Assembly: GCA_963847625.1 (NCBI GenBank)
Contig: CAWKAR010000033.1
Coordinates: forward strand, 32,001 to 96,000
Length of the DNA stretch: 64,000 nt
Direction of reading: 5' to 3'
Source: a candidate division FCPU426 bacterium
Lineage (GTDB): Bacteria > Oederibacteriota > Muellerivitia > Muellerivitales > Muellerivitaceae
Under the pieces are notes generated by a model. The model did no database searches. It was not told the DNA's origin and saw only the letters and a list, made by a program, of their open reading frames with translations. Position numbers and translations under genes: made by a program. Position 1 is the stretch's first letter, and the number at the start of each line of letters is the position of its first letter. This document shows positions 1-8,737 of the stretch, piece by piece.

Positions 1-25
1 CCAAGCTAAAGCAAAGCCCGAAAAC

Positions 26-859
26 CTAGCTGGAAAAGTCCGTGAAAAACCGGACGGTGGTTTGGGCGGCCTCCACCAGAACCGGGGGAGGTTGGGTAAA
101 GGGATGGGACGCCTTGAACTTGTGGTCGGCCCCGGCCAGGATGGCCAGGTGGGAATGGGGGTGGATAGCCGCCAGGCTCTCGGACTCATCGGGGGATACG
201 CTCGCGTCCTCCGAACCGTGGACGAATAGCACCGGAATCTCCAGGCGGTTCAGGTACGCCGGAATGTCCCCTTCCTTCCCCCAATTCTCCGCGTCTTCCA
301 GGAAATCCAGGGAGTACCTCAGGGCTTGCCCGGTCCGGGAACTCTCGGTGGACGTGAACCCCTCCTTCCGCCAGGCTTGCCTGGCCTCGTAGAAATATCG
401 GTTCACGCGGGAAATGGTGGCCCAGGTCGCCACACCCTTTACCGCGGGGCATTGCCCCGCGGCCAGGAGGCAGACCCCGCCGCCCCTGGAATGGCCCCAG
501 ATGAACAAATCCTTTTGCGGGGGAAGACGGGAATCCAATCCTCCCTGTTCCAGGCGTGACACCACCGCGTGGAGGTCCTCCACTTGCCGGGTGATGGTGT
601 CCTTCTCGAAATTTTCCATTTCCTGGAAGGGCCCGTCCTTGGCGCTTCCCATGCCGGAGCCTGAGAAGTTGAACCGCAACACGGGAAACCCCGCCTGGGC
701 GAAAAAGGCCGAAAGCCATGGGAAAAAGGCCCAATCCTTGAAGCCGAGGAAGCCGTGCGCCATCACGATAGCGGGGCCCGATATTTTTCCCGGCAGTTCC
801 AGGGTGGCCCAGAGCTTGCGCTTTTGGGGGCCCTCCAGGGGGAAATCGGAAACGCTCAT
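26..859 (-). CDS. Alpha/beta fold hydrolase
   Basis: HGFLG oxyanion motif, GHSRGG nucleophile elbow, VHGSED and GADH triad residues. Confidence 0.9.
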   Translation of the reverse strand: MSVSDFPLEGPQKRKLWATLELPGKISGPAIVMAHGFLGFKDWAFFPWLSAFFAQAGFPVLRFNFSGSGMGSAKDGPFQEMENFEKDTITRQVEDLHAVVSRLEQGGLDSRLPPQKDLFIWGHSRGGGVCLLAAGQCPAVKGVATWATISRVNRYFYEARQAWRKEGFTSTESSRTGQALRYSLDFLEDAENWGKEGDIPAYLNRLEIPVLFVHGSEDASVSPDESESLAAIHPHSHLAILAGADHKFKASHPFTQPPPVLVEAAQTTVRFFTDFSS

Positions 860-899
860 GACCTTCCTTTGAAGGTTCGGGCGTCGGAGTTGTAGCCGT

Positions 900-1316
900 T
901 CATTTTTTCAGCAGGTCCCGGATTTCCTCCAGCAGCACTTCCTGCTTGGGAGGGGCTGGGGCCGCCGCCGGAGCGTCGTCCGCCTTGCGGTGCAGGGAGT
1001 TGATGCCCTTGATCATCAAGAAGACCGCGAAGGCGATAATGGTGAAATCCACCAGGGACTGCAGGAAGTTACCGAGATTGATGGTCACCGCCGCGTGGGT
1101 AAGGTTTCCGGCGGCGTCCAGCAACGGCGCGCTGAGGTGGATCTTGATGTCGGTGAAATTGATGCCGCCGATCAGGTATCCCAGGGGAGGCATGAGCAGG
1201 TCCGATACCAGCGAGGAAACCACCTTCCCGAAAGCCCCTCCGATGATGATCCCGACCGCCAGGTCGAGCATGTTGCCCTTCAACGCAAATTCCTTGAACT
1301 CCTTCATTAAGCCCAT
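900..1316 (-). CDS. mscL: Large-conductance mechanosensitive channel
   Basis: [33 protein letters not shown]-terminus, [12 protein letters not shown]-terminus, and GGAGG RBS. Confidence 0.97.
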   Translation of the reverse strand: MGLMKEFKEFALKGNMLDLAVGIIIGGAFGKVVSSLVSDLLMPPLGYLIGGINFTDIKIHLSAPLLDAAGNLTHAAVTINLGNFLQSLVDFTIIAFAVFLMIKGINSLHRKADDAPAAAPAPPKQEVLLEEIRDLLKK

Positions 1317-1380
1317 AACAACCTCCTTATTATTTAAGGTAAATATCCCTTTACAACAAGTAAAAGCAAAAAGACATGGA

Positions 1381-1552
1381 ACCGCCGATCAAATCCGATG
1401 TCCCGCATCTCAATAAAGGAGTTAATGGATTGCGGGACAATACCACTTTCATTTGAAATCCTTTCAATAGTGAAGTGGCATGGACGCCGATAAGTTTGAG
1501 AAAGCTTTAAAGTATAAGCCATTATCGGCGTTAATCGGTCGTTATCTGCGGT
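1381..1552. repeat. Intergenic REP/MITE-like element with imperfect inverted ends
   Basis: ACCGCCGAT at the left end and ATCGGCGTTAATCGGTCGTTATCTGCGGT at the right end; internal ACGCCGATAA...TTATCGGCGT inverted pair. Confidence 0.4.
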
Positions 1553-1603
1553 AAATAAATTTCTTTACGTGTCGTGAAGGTATAGTCACCTTATTTTAAT
1601 CAT

Positions 1604-1996
1604 TCATTCCAAACCCCTGGCCTCCAATTCGTCCTCGGAGAACCCGAAATAATGGCCCAATTCGTGCAGGAGGGTTTTGCGGATCTCCCGCTTGAGTTCC
1701 CTTTCACCGTTGCAACTATCCCTCAGGCATTCCTCGAAGAGGATGATCCGGTCGGGGAATTCCCGGTCCTGCCCCAGGGGCCTTTCCTTCAGGCTGAAGC
1801 CCTCGAACAGACCCAGCAGGTCCTCGTCCTGCTCCATTTCAGAGTCTGACAACTGCCGGGGGCTGGGCCGGGGCTGGACCACGATTTGCACCGTGCCGAG
1901 CGCGGCCTTCAGGTCGGGAGGAAGGCCTTCCAGGGTTTCCGCGATTACCCCGTCAAAGAGTTCCTGGTCCCGCTTGTTTTTTTCCTGTTTTGCCAA
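1604..1996 (-). CDS. Minimal zincin metallopeptidase (Zincin_1/DUF1025-like)
   Basis: LLGLFEG, PDRIILF and TLLHELGHYFG (HExxH) motifs. Confidence 0.9.
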   Translation of the reverse strand: MAKQEKNKRDQELFDGVIAETLEGLPPDLKAALGTVQIVVQPRPSPRQLSDSEMEQDEDLLGLFEGFSLKERPLGQDREFPDRIILFEECLRDSCNGERELKREIRKTLLHELGHYFGFSEDELEARGLE

Positions 1997-2080
1997 TGCT
2001 GTTGGGCTCCGTCCCCAGGCGCTCAGAGAAGGTTATAGATGAGTAAAGAATAGAATGTTGAGAGCGGGCCAAGAAAAATT

Positions 2081-2344
2081 TTATTCATAATGAGTCCACA
2101 TTCGCTCGACAAAGACCCTGTGATTTTTCTTATCGACTTGGTAAACCAAACGGTGTTGGAAATTGATGCGCCTTGAATAAAACCCTTCGAGTTCACCGAC
2201 CAGCTTTTCGTAGGGGGGATAGGGTGCAAAGGGATCTTTTTCCAGGATATCCAACAAATCATCAGCTTTTTTTTGAAGCCCCGAACGTTTCAATTTAACG
2301 GCGTCTTTCCGGGCGGCTTTGTTGAAAAAAAGCTGCCAAGTCAC
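2081..2344 (-). CDS. yoeB: Txe/YoeB family toxin
   Basis: PPYEKLVGELEGFYSRRINFQHRLVY...MWTHYE; 4-bp overlap with the antitoxin gene. Confidence 0.93.
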   Translation of the reverse strand: MTWQLFFNKAARKDAVKLKRSGLQKKADDLLDILEKDPFAPYPPYEKLVGELEGFYSRRINFQHRLVYQVDKKNHRVFVERMWTHYE

Positions 2345-2583
2345 CAGGGGCGCTTTTTGGAATAGGATTTAAGGGGGGATTTTTTGGCCTTGAGCAGTGA
2401 TTCCTTCATTCCCGGGACGCTCAAGAGATGGAGGGTTTCCTGCATGGCGCGAAAATCATCCTCCGAGATCAATACGCCGTTTTGACGGCGGCCGGTGATC
2501 TGGATGGGTTCATGGGATTGGGCGGCCTGGTCCAGGAGCTTGAATAGGTTGGCCCTTGCTTGGGTTGCGGTTAATGTGGTCAT
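2341..2583 (-). CDS. yefM: Phd/YefM family antitoxin
   Basis: TATQARANLFKLLD...ETLHLLSVPGM; lies upstream of the toxin; GGAGG RBS. Confidence 0.93.
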   Translation of the reverse strand: MTTLTATQARANLFKLLDQAAQSHEPIQITGRRQNGVLISEDDFRAMQETLHLLSVPGMKESLLKAKKSPLKSYSKKRPW

Positions 2584-2600
2584 GTCGACCTCCGTTCATA

Positions 2601-2629
2601 AGTGTACGTGATAACGTACATGTAGTCAA
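2601..2629 (-). promoter_or_regulatory. Sigma70-like promoter with overlapping palindromic operator for yefM-yoeB
   Basis: Minus strand reads TTGACT-N17-TACACT; inverted repeat TGTACGT-gata-ACGTACA at 2603-2620. Confidence 0.7.
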
Positions 2630-2684
2630 GTTCCATTGAAAAGCAACTTGTAATGGGATGAACCGGCGTGGGTCGGTTATAGGA

Positions 2685-2785
2685 TCGAGGGCGGCCTTCA
2701 AGTCGGGAGGCAATTCTTCGAGGACTTCCGAGATAACCCGGTCTAAAAGACCTTTGCCCCTTTGTTTCTTTTCACGCTCGGACAT
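2685..2785 (-). pseudogene. Truncated 5' duplicate of the zincin gene
   Basis: MSEREKKQRGKGLLDRVISEVLEELPPDLKAAL matches MAKQEKNKRDQELFDGVIAETLEGLPPDLKAAL (1604..1996), then similarity ends. Confidence 0.75.
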
Positions 2786-2821
2786 GATACCCCCGCGGGA
2801 GCAAAGTGAACCGGGTTTTTG

Positions 2822-3706
2822 TCAGAGCAGGGAATAAGCGAAGCCGATCCCCAGGGTTTCCTTGATCTGCAATCCGCAATAAAACACCGGATCGTAACGG
2901 TAGTCGTTCTCGATGTTCAGGCTGATGATTTTGCTCAGGCTCACCGCCAGCAGGTTGTCCCATTCCGCCACGGTCTTGTCCAGGCCCCTGCCGTTCCAGA
3001 ACATGTCCAGCTTGGAGGTGAAATTGGAAATGGAGGACAATTTCCAATTCAACTCGGAAACCCAGCTCAAGCCCGTCTCGGTCAATTCATTCTGGACGGC
3101 CCCCGTGTCGGGGTTGACCGTGTAGATGTAATCGAACTTGTTGGCCACCGTCTCCTTGAAGGCGAAGCCCAGCCGGGTGTTGAAGGCGGGCCCGGGAATG
3201 TATTTCAAGCCGGCGCTTTCGGTGAAGTATCCCGGGTCCAGGAAACCCGAGGTCGACGGGGCGGGGGTCTTGGAATAGTCGTAGCCCGTGTCGAATTGGG
3301 ACTTGGCGGAAAGGGCCGCGAAGGGGTTCACCTGGGCCCAGGTCTTCCAGGAGTAAACGCTCTCCAGGTCGATGTTGTCCTCCGACTTGCGGGTGCCCAG
3401 GGTCTGCATGTAGGTCAACCCGTACTCCAGTTTCAGGGTGTTGAGCCAGTTGACGGAGGCGTTGTCGTGTTCCAGCTTGCAGTTCAAGTCGCCCTGCCAG
3501 GAAAAGAAGTTGTTCCCGCCCTGCCCCCAGTTGCTGAAGGACCCCTGGTTCAGGTTCAGGCTGGAAACCACCTGCTTCTTCCAGGCGTCCTGCTGGGAGA
3601 CCGGGGCGGTCGCCGCCGGGGTGGCCTCGGTCTTGGCATCGTCCGCCCAAAGGCGCAGGGGGATTGCCAGGCCTATTGCGATTAACACGAACATAAAGCG
3701 TTTCAT
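2822..3706 (-). CDS. DUF3078-like outer-membrane beta-barrel protein
   Basis: Signal peptide from MKRFMF (ATG at 3706), WKK..LNLNQGSFSNWGQGG motif, amphipathic strands, C-terminal GIGFAYSLL. Confidence 0.75.
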   Translation of the reverse strand: MKRFMFVLIAIGLAIPLRLWADDAKTEATPAATAPVSQQDAWKKQVVSSLNLNQGSFSNWGQGGNNFFSWQGDLNCKLEHDNASVNWLNTLKLEYGLTYMQTLGTRKSEDNIDLESVYSWKTWAQVNPFAALSAKSQFDTGYDYSKTPAPSTSGFLDPGYFTESAGLKYIPGPAFNTRLGFAFKETVANKFDYIYTVNPDTGAVQNELTETGLSWVSELNWKLSSISNFTSKLDMFWNGRGLDKTVAEWDNLLAVSLSKIISLNIENDYRYDPVFYCGLQIKETLGIGFAYSLL

Positions 3707-3844
3707 AAGGGCTCCTTGGTTTGGGAATGGCCTCTGGTAAAAGCGGTATGATTCTAACATTAAGCAAGTTCTTTGGGCTATTAGCCGATTCTGGGTCCCA
3801 CAGTTTTACCCGTGGATATCTATAAAATTGATGGATAGTTATCC

Positions 3845-4159
3845 GCGACAGAGGGCCCCTTTGGATAAGGTGCTTAGAAATCTCGAAATTAGTTTGAATT
3901 TGGATCGATCAACGGGATAAGGTTGGTTTTTGGTTTGAGGTGTTTGGGCGGGCTTAAAGTGATGAATGTTGGCCAGGCACCTTTGTTTGCGACAGAGGGC
4001 CCCTTTGGATAAGGTGCTAAGAAATCTCGAAATTAGTTTGAGTTTGAATCGAACATCGGGGGAAGGTAGGTTTTTTGGCTTGAAGTTGTTGGGGCGGGCT
4101 TAAAGTGATGAATGTTCACTGCCACCCGCTGCGGTGCGGGGGGCCAGGCACCTTTGTTT
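3845..4159. repeat. Two-unit tandem duplication (144 bp and 171 bp)
   Basis: Units start GCGACAGAGGGCCCCTTTGGATAAGGTGCT at 3845 and 3989 and both end GGCCAGGCACCTTTGTTT; unit 2 has an extra ~27-nt hairpin segment. Confidence 0.92.
4099..4155 (-). repeat. REP-like hairpin repeat, copy 1
   Basis: Minus strand reads AAAGGTGCCTGGCCCCCCGCACCGCAGCGGGTGGCAGTGAACATTCATCACTTTAAG, similar to 6417-6471 and 8531-8575. Confidence 0.8.
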
Positions 4160-4657
4160 GTTAGATTTTTAGGGTATTTTTTTCAAATATTTAACTACAT
4201 TATCCAACAGGTCCATCATTGTTGAACCAAAAAAATCCTCAGCAATAACTGGCAATTGCGTGAGCATAACACCCGGATCAGAGTTTAAAATCATATTAGG
4301 AATTGTTGCGTTTCTCCCTTGATACAGCGCACCCGCTAAATAGCTGATACTATCGCGAAAACTTTCTGGATAAGAATCCGTCCGCCCAATCAATAGTTGT
4401 GAAGAATTTTTCATTTTTCCAACCTTTTCAAACTCTTCTGCCAAATATTTTCTGGCTAAATCGAATCTATTAATAAAAATATTTCTTTGCACATCGGGGA
4501 TTAAAGGAGATTTGAACACCATTGTTTTAATTAGCGACAAAAAACAAGCTGTGGTTTCAAAAAGAAGAATATCATTCGAGATTTCTCCAAGGCATGTTTC
4601 GAATTTCTTCGCTGAGCTTATATAAATTAAAAATTCAAAAGCTGATTTCTGAGAGTG

Positions 4658-5710
4658 CCGAATTCACGGAGTAAGTGCAACACTTCGCCGGAAGACTTCC
4701 GCCGGAGTTTTAAAGCCCAAACATTTCCTGGGCCTGTTATTGAGCCATCTTTCTATGGTCCTGAATTCTTTGAAGGACACTTTAGCAAGATCAGTCTTTT
4801 TAGGCAAATGGCGGCGGACAAGACCGATAGTATTTTCCACCGTACCTTTTTCCCAACTGTGGAAAGGGGCGCAGAAAAAGGATTTTGTACCAAGCACGTG
4901 GTTGGTTTCCAAGTGGTTGGTGTTTTCGGTTCCGTTGTCATAGGTCAGACTCAGGCGGGCGTCTTGAGGGAAGCGGCATAAAGCGCGGTTGAGGCTATGA
5001 CTCATTTGGCGAGCGGTCTTTCGTTTGAGCTTTCCCAACTTGGAAAAACGGCTTTGACGCTCGACGAGAGCCCGCATAGCCACTTTACTCTGACGAGAGA
5101 CCATGGTGTCGGTTTCCCAATGGCCGAATTGCTTGCGTTGATTGGCGATCTCGGAGCGCTTATCGATGGAAACACGGCCTGGGATATGGTTTTTGGCGTG
5201 CTTACGGCTATGGCCAAATGAGAATCGTCGCCGGTGGTGTCGAACTAGGCAAGGAATCAGCTCAGTGGCTTCAGCATAAACCCACTGATAGATAGCTTCA
5301 GGACCAATGGTTTGCTTAGGCCGTAGGTGACCTAATCGACCTGAAATGAGTTCTGGAGACCAGCCTCGTTTCAATTGACGACGGACGTAGGCACGAATTC
5401 GTTTTGTTTTCAGGCGTAAACGGCGTGCTCGTTGTTGGTTGCGGTCAACATACCGTTGATGGGCTCGATGAGAAAGATAATAACCAGAACGGATAGGGGG
5501 AGCATTGCGCTTGAGTTCCCTGGAGAGGGTGGAAGGAGACCTCTTCAAGGCGCGTGAAATTGCTCGAAGGCTAAGACCCTTTCCTTTCAAGACGGATAAA
5601 TGATCTCTTTCTTCAACGCTTAAATGCTTGTATTTCTTTTTCATAGCCGCATATCCTATTCATGCGGCCTTCTTCAGACACTAAGTGTTGCACTTACTTA
5701 TGGAACTCGG
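4658..5710 (-). mobile_element. IS30 family insertion sequence
   Basis: Imperfect ~28-bp terminal IRs CCGAATTCACGGAGTAAGTGCAACACTT / CCGAGTTCCATAAGTAAGTGCAACACTT; ends may be off by 1 bp. Confidence 0.92.
4664..5644 (-). CDS. IS30 family transposase
   Basis: HTH SPSTLSRELKRN, GHWETDT, TYDNGTE, WEKGTVEN and LNNRPRKCLGFKTP motifs. Confidence 0.96.
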   Translation of the reverse strand: MKKKYKHLSVEERDHLSVLKGKGLSLRAISRALKRSPSTLSRELKRNAPPIRSGYYLSHRAHQRYVDRNQQRARRLRLKTKRIRAYVRRQLKRGWSPELISGRLGHLRPKQTIGPEAIYQWVYAEATELIPCLVRHHRRRFSFGHSRKHAKNHIPGRVSIDKRSEIANQRKQFGHWETDTMVSRQSKVAMRALVERQSRFSKLGKLKRKTARQMSHSLNRALCRFPQDARLSLTYDNGTENTNHLETNHVLGTKSFFCAPFHSWEKGTVENTIGLVRRHLPKKTDLAKVSFKEFRTIERWLNNRPRKCLGFKTPAEVFRRSVALTP

Positions 5711-5819
5711 GTTCACTATAACACCCCCAAACAATAGTTCTATAAAGAGCTAAGCAATGGAAAAACGTACTCCTTGTTCTCAATCAGGTGAATATTATCC
5801 GATCGGACCTAAATAAATT

Positions 5820-6392
5820 TTATAAAATTATCCCACCTCTTTCCTCGACCTTAAAACGTTTCAAAGCCTCTCGCGCTGTATTCTTTGAGTTATATATCTC
5901 ATTTCCAAGTCCTAAAAATATTTTCTTATATCCTTCATCCTTAAGAAATTCCGGGTGTTCTATAAACAACCAAACATTAAATATTTTTAATTGATGCGAT
6001 AATTTTCCTCCTAACATCAAAAACATTTGAATGGCATCAAATAGATAAATCTCAGTAATATTTAATGGAAATTCTAATTTTTTATCCCCATCTTTATTTG
6101 CGTGTTTGAAAAAATTTTGATGGGCATTGATAGCATCTAGCAATACCTTGCGGTATTCAGGACGGATTCTATCAGAATCTTTTATTAGGCTATGAATACC
6201 TTTCTTTTTACCAAGATCATGAAGTATTCCGTGCGCCGCTCCAACAAGTGTGTGGATTGATACTTCATTACCATCATTGAAAAATAATTCGATGGCTGTT
6301 TCTAATTGTTGATACGCCGCATCCATTTTGCTAATAATTGATTTCGGATGTCTTACATCTTTAATATCCTTATTTTCATCAGGGATATTCAA
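5820..6392 (-). CDS. AT-rich hypothetical protein
   Basis: Long AT-rich ORF with KMDAAYQQLETAIELFF...SIHTL...NFFKHA; TTG start at 6392 follows GGAGG, whereas the ORF-track start lies inside a repeat. Confidence 0.7.
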   Translation of the reverse strand: MNIPDENKDIKDVRHPKSIISKMDAAYQQLETAIELFFNDGNEVSIHTLVGAAHGILHDLGKKKGIHSLIKDSDRIRPEYRKVLLDAINAHQNFFKHANKDGDKKLEFPLNITEIYLFDAIQMFLMLGGKLSHQLKIFNVWLFIEHPEFLKDEGYKKIFLGLGNEIYNSKNTAREALKRFKVEERGGIIL

Positions 6393-6416
6393 AACATCCT
6401 CCGCTTTAATAAAAGT

Positions 6417-6471
6417 AAGGGTCAGGCCACCCGCGCTGCAGCGGGTGGCAGGGAACATTCATTGCTTTAAG
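6417..6471 (+). repeat. REP-like hairpin repeat, copy 2
   Basis: AAGGGTCAGGCCACCCGCGCTGCAGCGGGTGGCAGGGAACATTCATTGCTTTAAG with stem GCCACCCGC/GCGGGTGGC. Confidence 0.85.
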
Positions 6472-6614
6472 TCTTTAAGTCATTCGGGGTCTTGCAACAA
6501 ACCTGGGGCCTTGATAGCCGTTTAATCGAGCCTATCTTCTTTCAGGATGTTGAGAAGGTAAACCGCGCCGGCAACATTTTCAAAAATAATATATTTTTCC
6601 TTTAGCAAATTTCT

Positions 6615-6995
6615 TCAGTTTACCCAACTTCCCGGATATAGAAACCTATTTAAAACTCCATTAAAAATATATAAAATTATCCAAACAATCCCCACTAACA
6701 ACCAAAGCAATAATTTTGGCCGATTTCTTTCCCACGCAATTAAAAACAACCAGACCAAATTAACAAAAAACATCGGTATAAGTATTAGAAGTGTCAAAGC
6801 TCCTCCCATAAAATTTTCACCAGTCGTCATCATCCACGCCTGGCCACCACCAAATACTTCAACTTTCATGGGATGAATATTTCGGAAAACAATGAAAACA
6901 CCTATTAACCCAATAAAATTAACAATAAGCCATGACAAGGATTTCTTTGCTTCGGCGACCAACTCGCTTGAATCACATTTCAATGGTAATTTCAT
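6615..6995 (-). CDS. Small AT-rich membrane protein (about 3 TM helices)
   Basis: 126-aa ORF with three hydrophobic segments and AAGGA RBS. Confidence 0.65.
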   Translation of the reverse strand: MKLPLKCDSSELVAEAKKSLSWLIVNFIGLIGVFIVFRNIHPMKVEVFGGGQAWMMTTGENFMGGALTLLILIPMFFVNLVWLFLIAWERNRPKLLLWLLVGIVWIILYIFNGVLNRFLYPGSWVN

Positions 6996-7127
6996 TTTTC
7001 ATTCCTTGGAAAAAAGATAGCATGTATGGGCCAGCAACCTACGTAGTAGCTTTGATCAATAGTAGCTGATCAAAATAACGCGGGTTGCTCCTGGTAAGGA
7101 GCCTATCCGCATACGGAGGGCTGACCC

Positions 7128-8234
7128 ATGGGAAATAATAGCACGGTGGTAGGGCTGGATGTTCATAAGGAAACGATCACGATTGCAGTTTTAAGGCCCG
7201 ACAAGGATCGTCCTGATCCCTCGGTTACGGTTGAAAATCAGCCATCAATCATTGAAAAGAAAGTACGGGAACTTAATCGCCGCCATGCCCCACTGGAATT
7301 CGTTTATGAGGCTGGGCCTGGGGGATTTGCTTTGTATAGGCAGATTACCCAATTGGGACACCCTTGTGCGGTGATTGCGCCCGCATGGATGCCGATGAAA
7401 CCTGGGGACCGAGTCAAGACGGACCGAAAGGACGCAGAAAAGCTGTCTTGGTATTGGCGCATGAGGGATTTGAAAGAAGTCCGGGTACCCACGCCCGAAG
7501 AAGAATCCGTGAGGGATTTGCTGCGTGTCCGGGAAGATGTTCTCGCAAACCAGTTGAGAGCCCGTCATCGGTTATTGAAATTCCTGCTTAGGCAAGGCCG
7601 GATTTATCGGGGTGGCAAACACTGGACCCAAGCCCATAGGGAATGGTTGAGACACCAGAAGTTTGAGCTGCCAAATCTCGTAAAGACCTATGAAGCGAAT
7701 TACCGAATTTTGGCTGAGATTGACGTGCACTTGGCTGATTTGAATTGTGAAGTTGAATTGCTGGCACAAGACGAGAAATATCGAATTGCTGTCAGCTATT
7801 TGAAATGCCTGAAAGGCGTTAACACACTCACGGCCATGACTTTATTAGCAGAAAGCGGAGATTTCAGGCGGTTTAAAAACGCCCGCAGTTATATGCGATA
7901 TACGGGAATGGTCAGTTGGGAAGACAGCACCGGAAGCCATGTTTACCGGGGCGGGATTGTCAAATCCGGAAATGCCCATTTGAGGCGAGTGCTAGTCCAA
8001 GGGGCATGGACCTATCAGCTACGAAGCCTTGGGAGTCCAACACTCGCTAAACGGAGAAAAGGTTGTCCCCCGGAAGTTATACATTTAGCACGAAAAGCTG
8101 ATGAACGTTTGCATTTGAAGTTTCGGCGGATGGTAAGCCGAAACAAACGGTCTCAGGTGGCGGTAGTGGCCATCGCACGGGAATTGGCTGGCTTTATCTG
8201 GGCGATTGGACAGATGATCCCATCCGATCAGTAA
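7128..8234 (+). CDS. IS110 family transposase/recombinase
   Basis: DEDD RuvC-like motifs GLDVHK, YEAGP and KTDRKDA; C-terminal YTGMVSWEDSTG..RGGIVKSGNAHLR. Confidence 0.96.
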   Translation: MGNNSTVVGLDVHKETITIAVLRPDKDRPDPSVTVENQPSIIEKKVRELNRRHAPLEFVYEAGPGGFALYRQITQLGHPCAVIAPAWMPMKPGDRVKTDRKDAEKLSWYWRMRDLKEVRVPTPEEESVRDLLRVREDVLANQLRARHRLLKFLLRQGRIYRGGKHWTQAHREWLRHQKFELPNLVKTYEANYRILAEIDVHLADLNCEVELLAQDEKYRIAVSYLKCLKGVNTLTAMTLLAESGDFRRFKNARSYMRYTGMVSWEDSTGSHVYRGGIVKSGNAHLRRVLVQGAWTYQLRSLGSPTLAKRRKGCPPEVIHLARKADERLHLKFRRMVSRNKRSQVAVVAIARELAGFIWAIGQMIPSDQ

Positions 8235-8289
8235 TAGATCCGATGAGAAGAAAAAGAAGGACGAGCTCTGATTTCAGGAGCGTGGCGCG

Positions 8290-8435
8290 GCACGGAGAAC
8301 CCTCGACGACCCCTTGTGCAATGAAGTCTTATTTCATGACGCACGGACAAAGATCGAGGCAGCTCCCGACGACAGGTCATCATGCGTCCCTGCCCTTTGG
8401 GGTAATACGCGAATATCAGTTTGATCAACCGTCGG
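8290..8435 (+). ncRNA. Putative bridge/seek RNA of the IS1111 element
   Basis: Two stem/internal-loop modules downstream of the transposase: GGAG..CCTCGA..GTGC..GCAC..TCGAGG..CTCC and CCGACG..GCGT..ACGC..CGTCGG. The loops carry matches to the target and donor junctions. Confidence 0.65.
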
Positions 8436-8530
8436 AAATGGCTACGCTCTTGGAATCAGGGCTCTGTCGTGCTGGTCCGTGAAAAGACCAACACCCTAGA
8501 ATCTGAAGGTTGACTGGCCCATACATATCA

Positions 8531-8575
8531 GGGGTCAGGCCATCCGCTCCGCAGCGTGTGGCAGTTGAATATTCA
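8531..8575 (+). repeat. REP-like hairpin repeat, copy 3 (IS1111 target)
   Basis: GGGGTCAGGCCATCCGCTCCGCAGCGTGTGGCAGTTGAATATTCA directly abuts the right end of the IS. Confidence 0.8.
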
Positions 8576-8737
8576 ACATTTTATTAATTGAACCTAACTT
8601 CTTACAGTTTATTGTTGAGCCTTTAAACCGCACCAACCCCGTAAGCGTCAACGCGGGGCCGTAGGCGCTGGCGTGGCTGGGACATTCTGGGCGGCTTGTT
8701 CCTGGGGGGTGGCCTCCATCCCGGCCGGCTCGCCCCC

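Larger units (their letters stand above)
4169..5716 (-). pseudogene. AT-rich hypothetical gene interrupted by IS30 after codon 2
   Basis: The frame of ORF 4169..4540 stays open to 4657; a GTG start (5716) with GGGGGTG RBS lies beyond the IS; removing the IS gives GTG AAC TCT CAG AAA in frame. Confidence 0.7.
7015..8531 (+). mobile_element. IS110 family element, IS1111-like group
   Basis: Sub-terminal IRs ATGTATGGGCCAGCAACCT (7022-7040) and AGGTTGACTGGCCCATACAT (8507-8526); AG dinucleotide at both junctions (7015-16, 8530-31); long 3' non-coding end. Confidence 0.9.

Noticed and set aside
4100..4170. Integron attC site (ATCTAAC just after a stop codon on the minus strand)
   Set aside because: I found no matching GTTRRRY end or L boxes, the other cassette-like genes lack this motif, and no intI is present.
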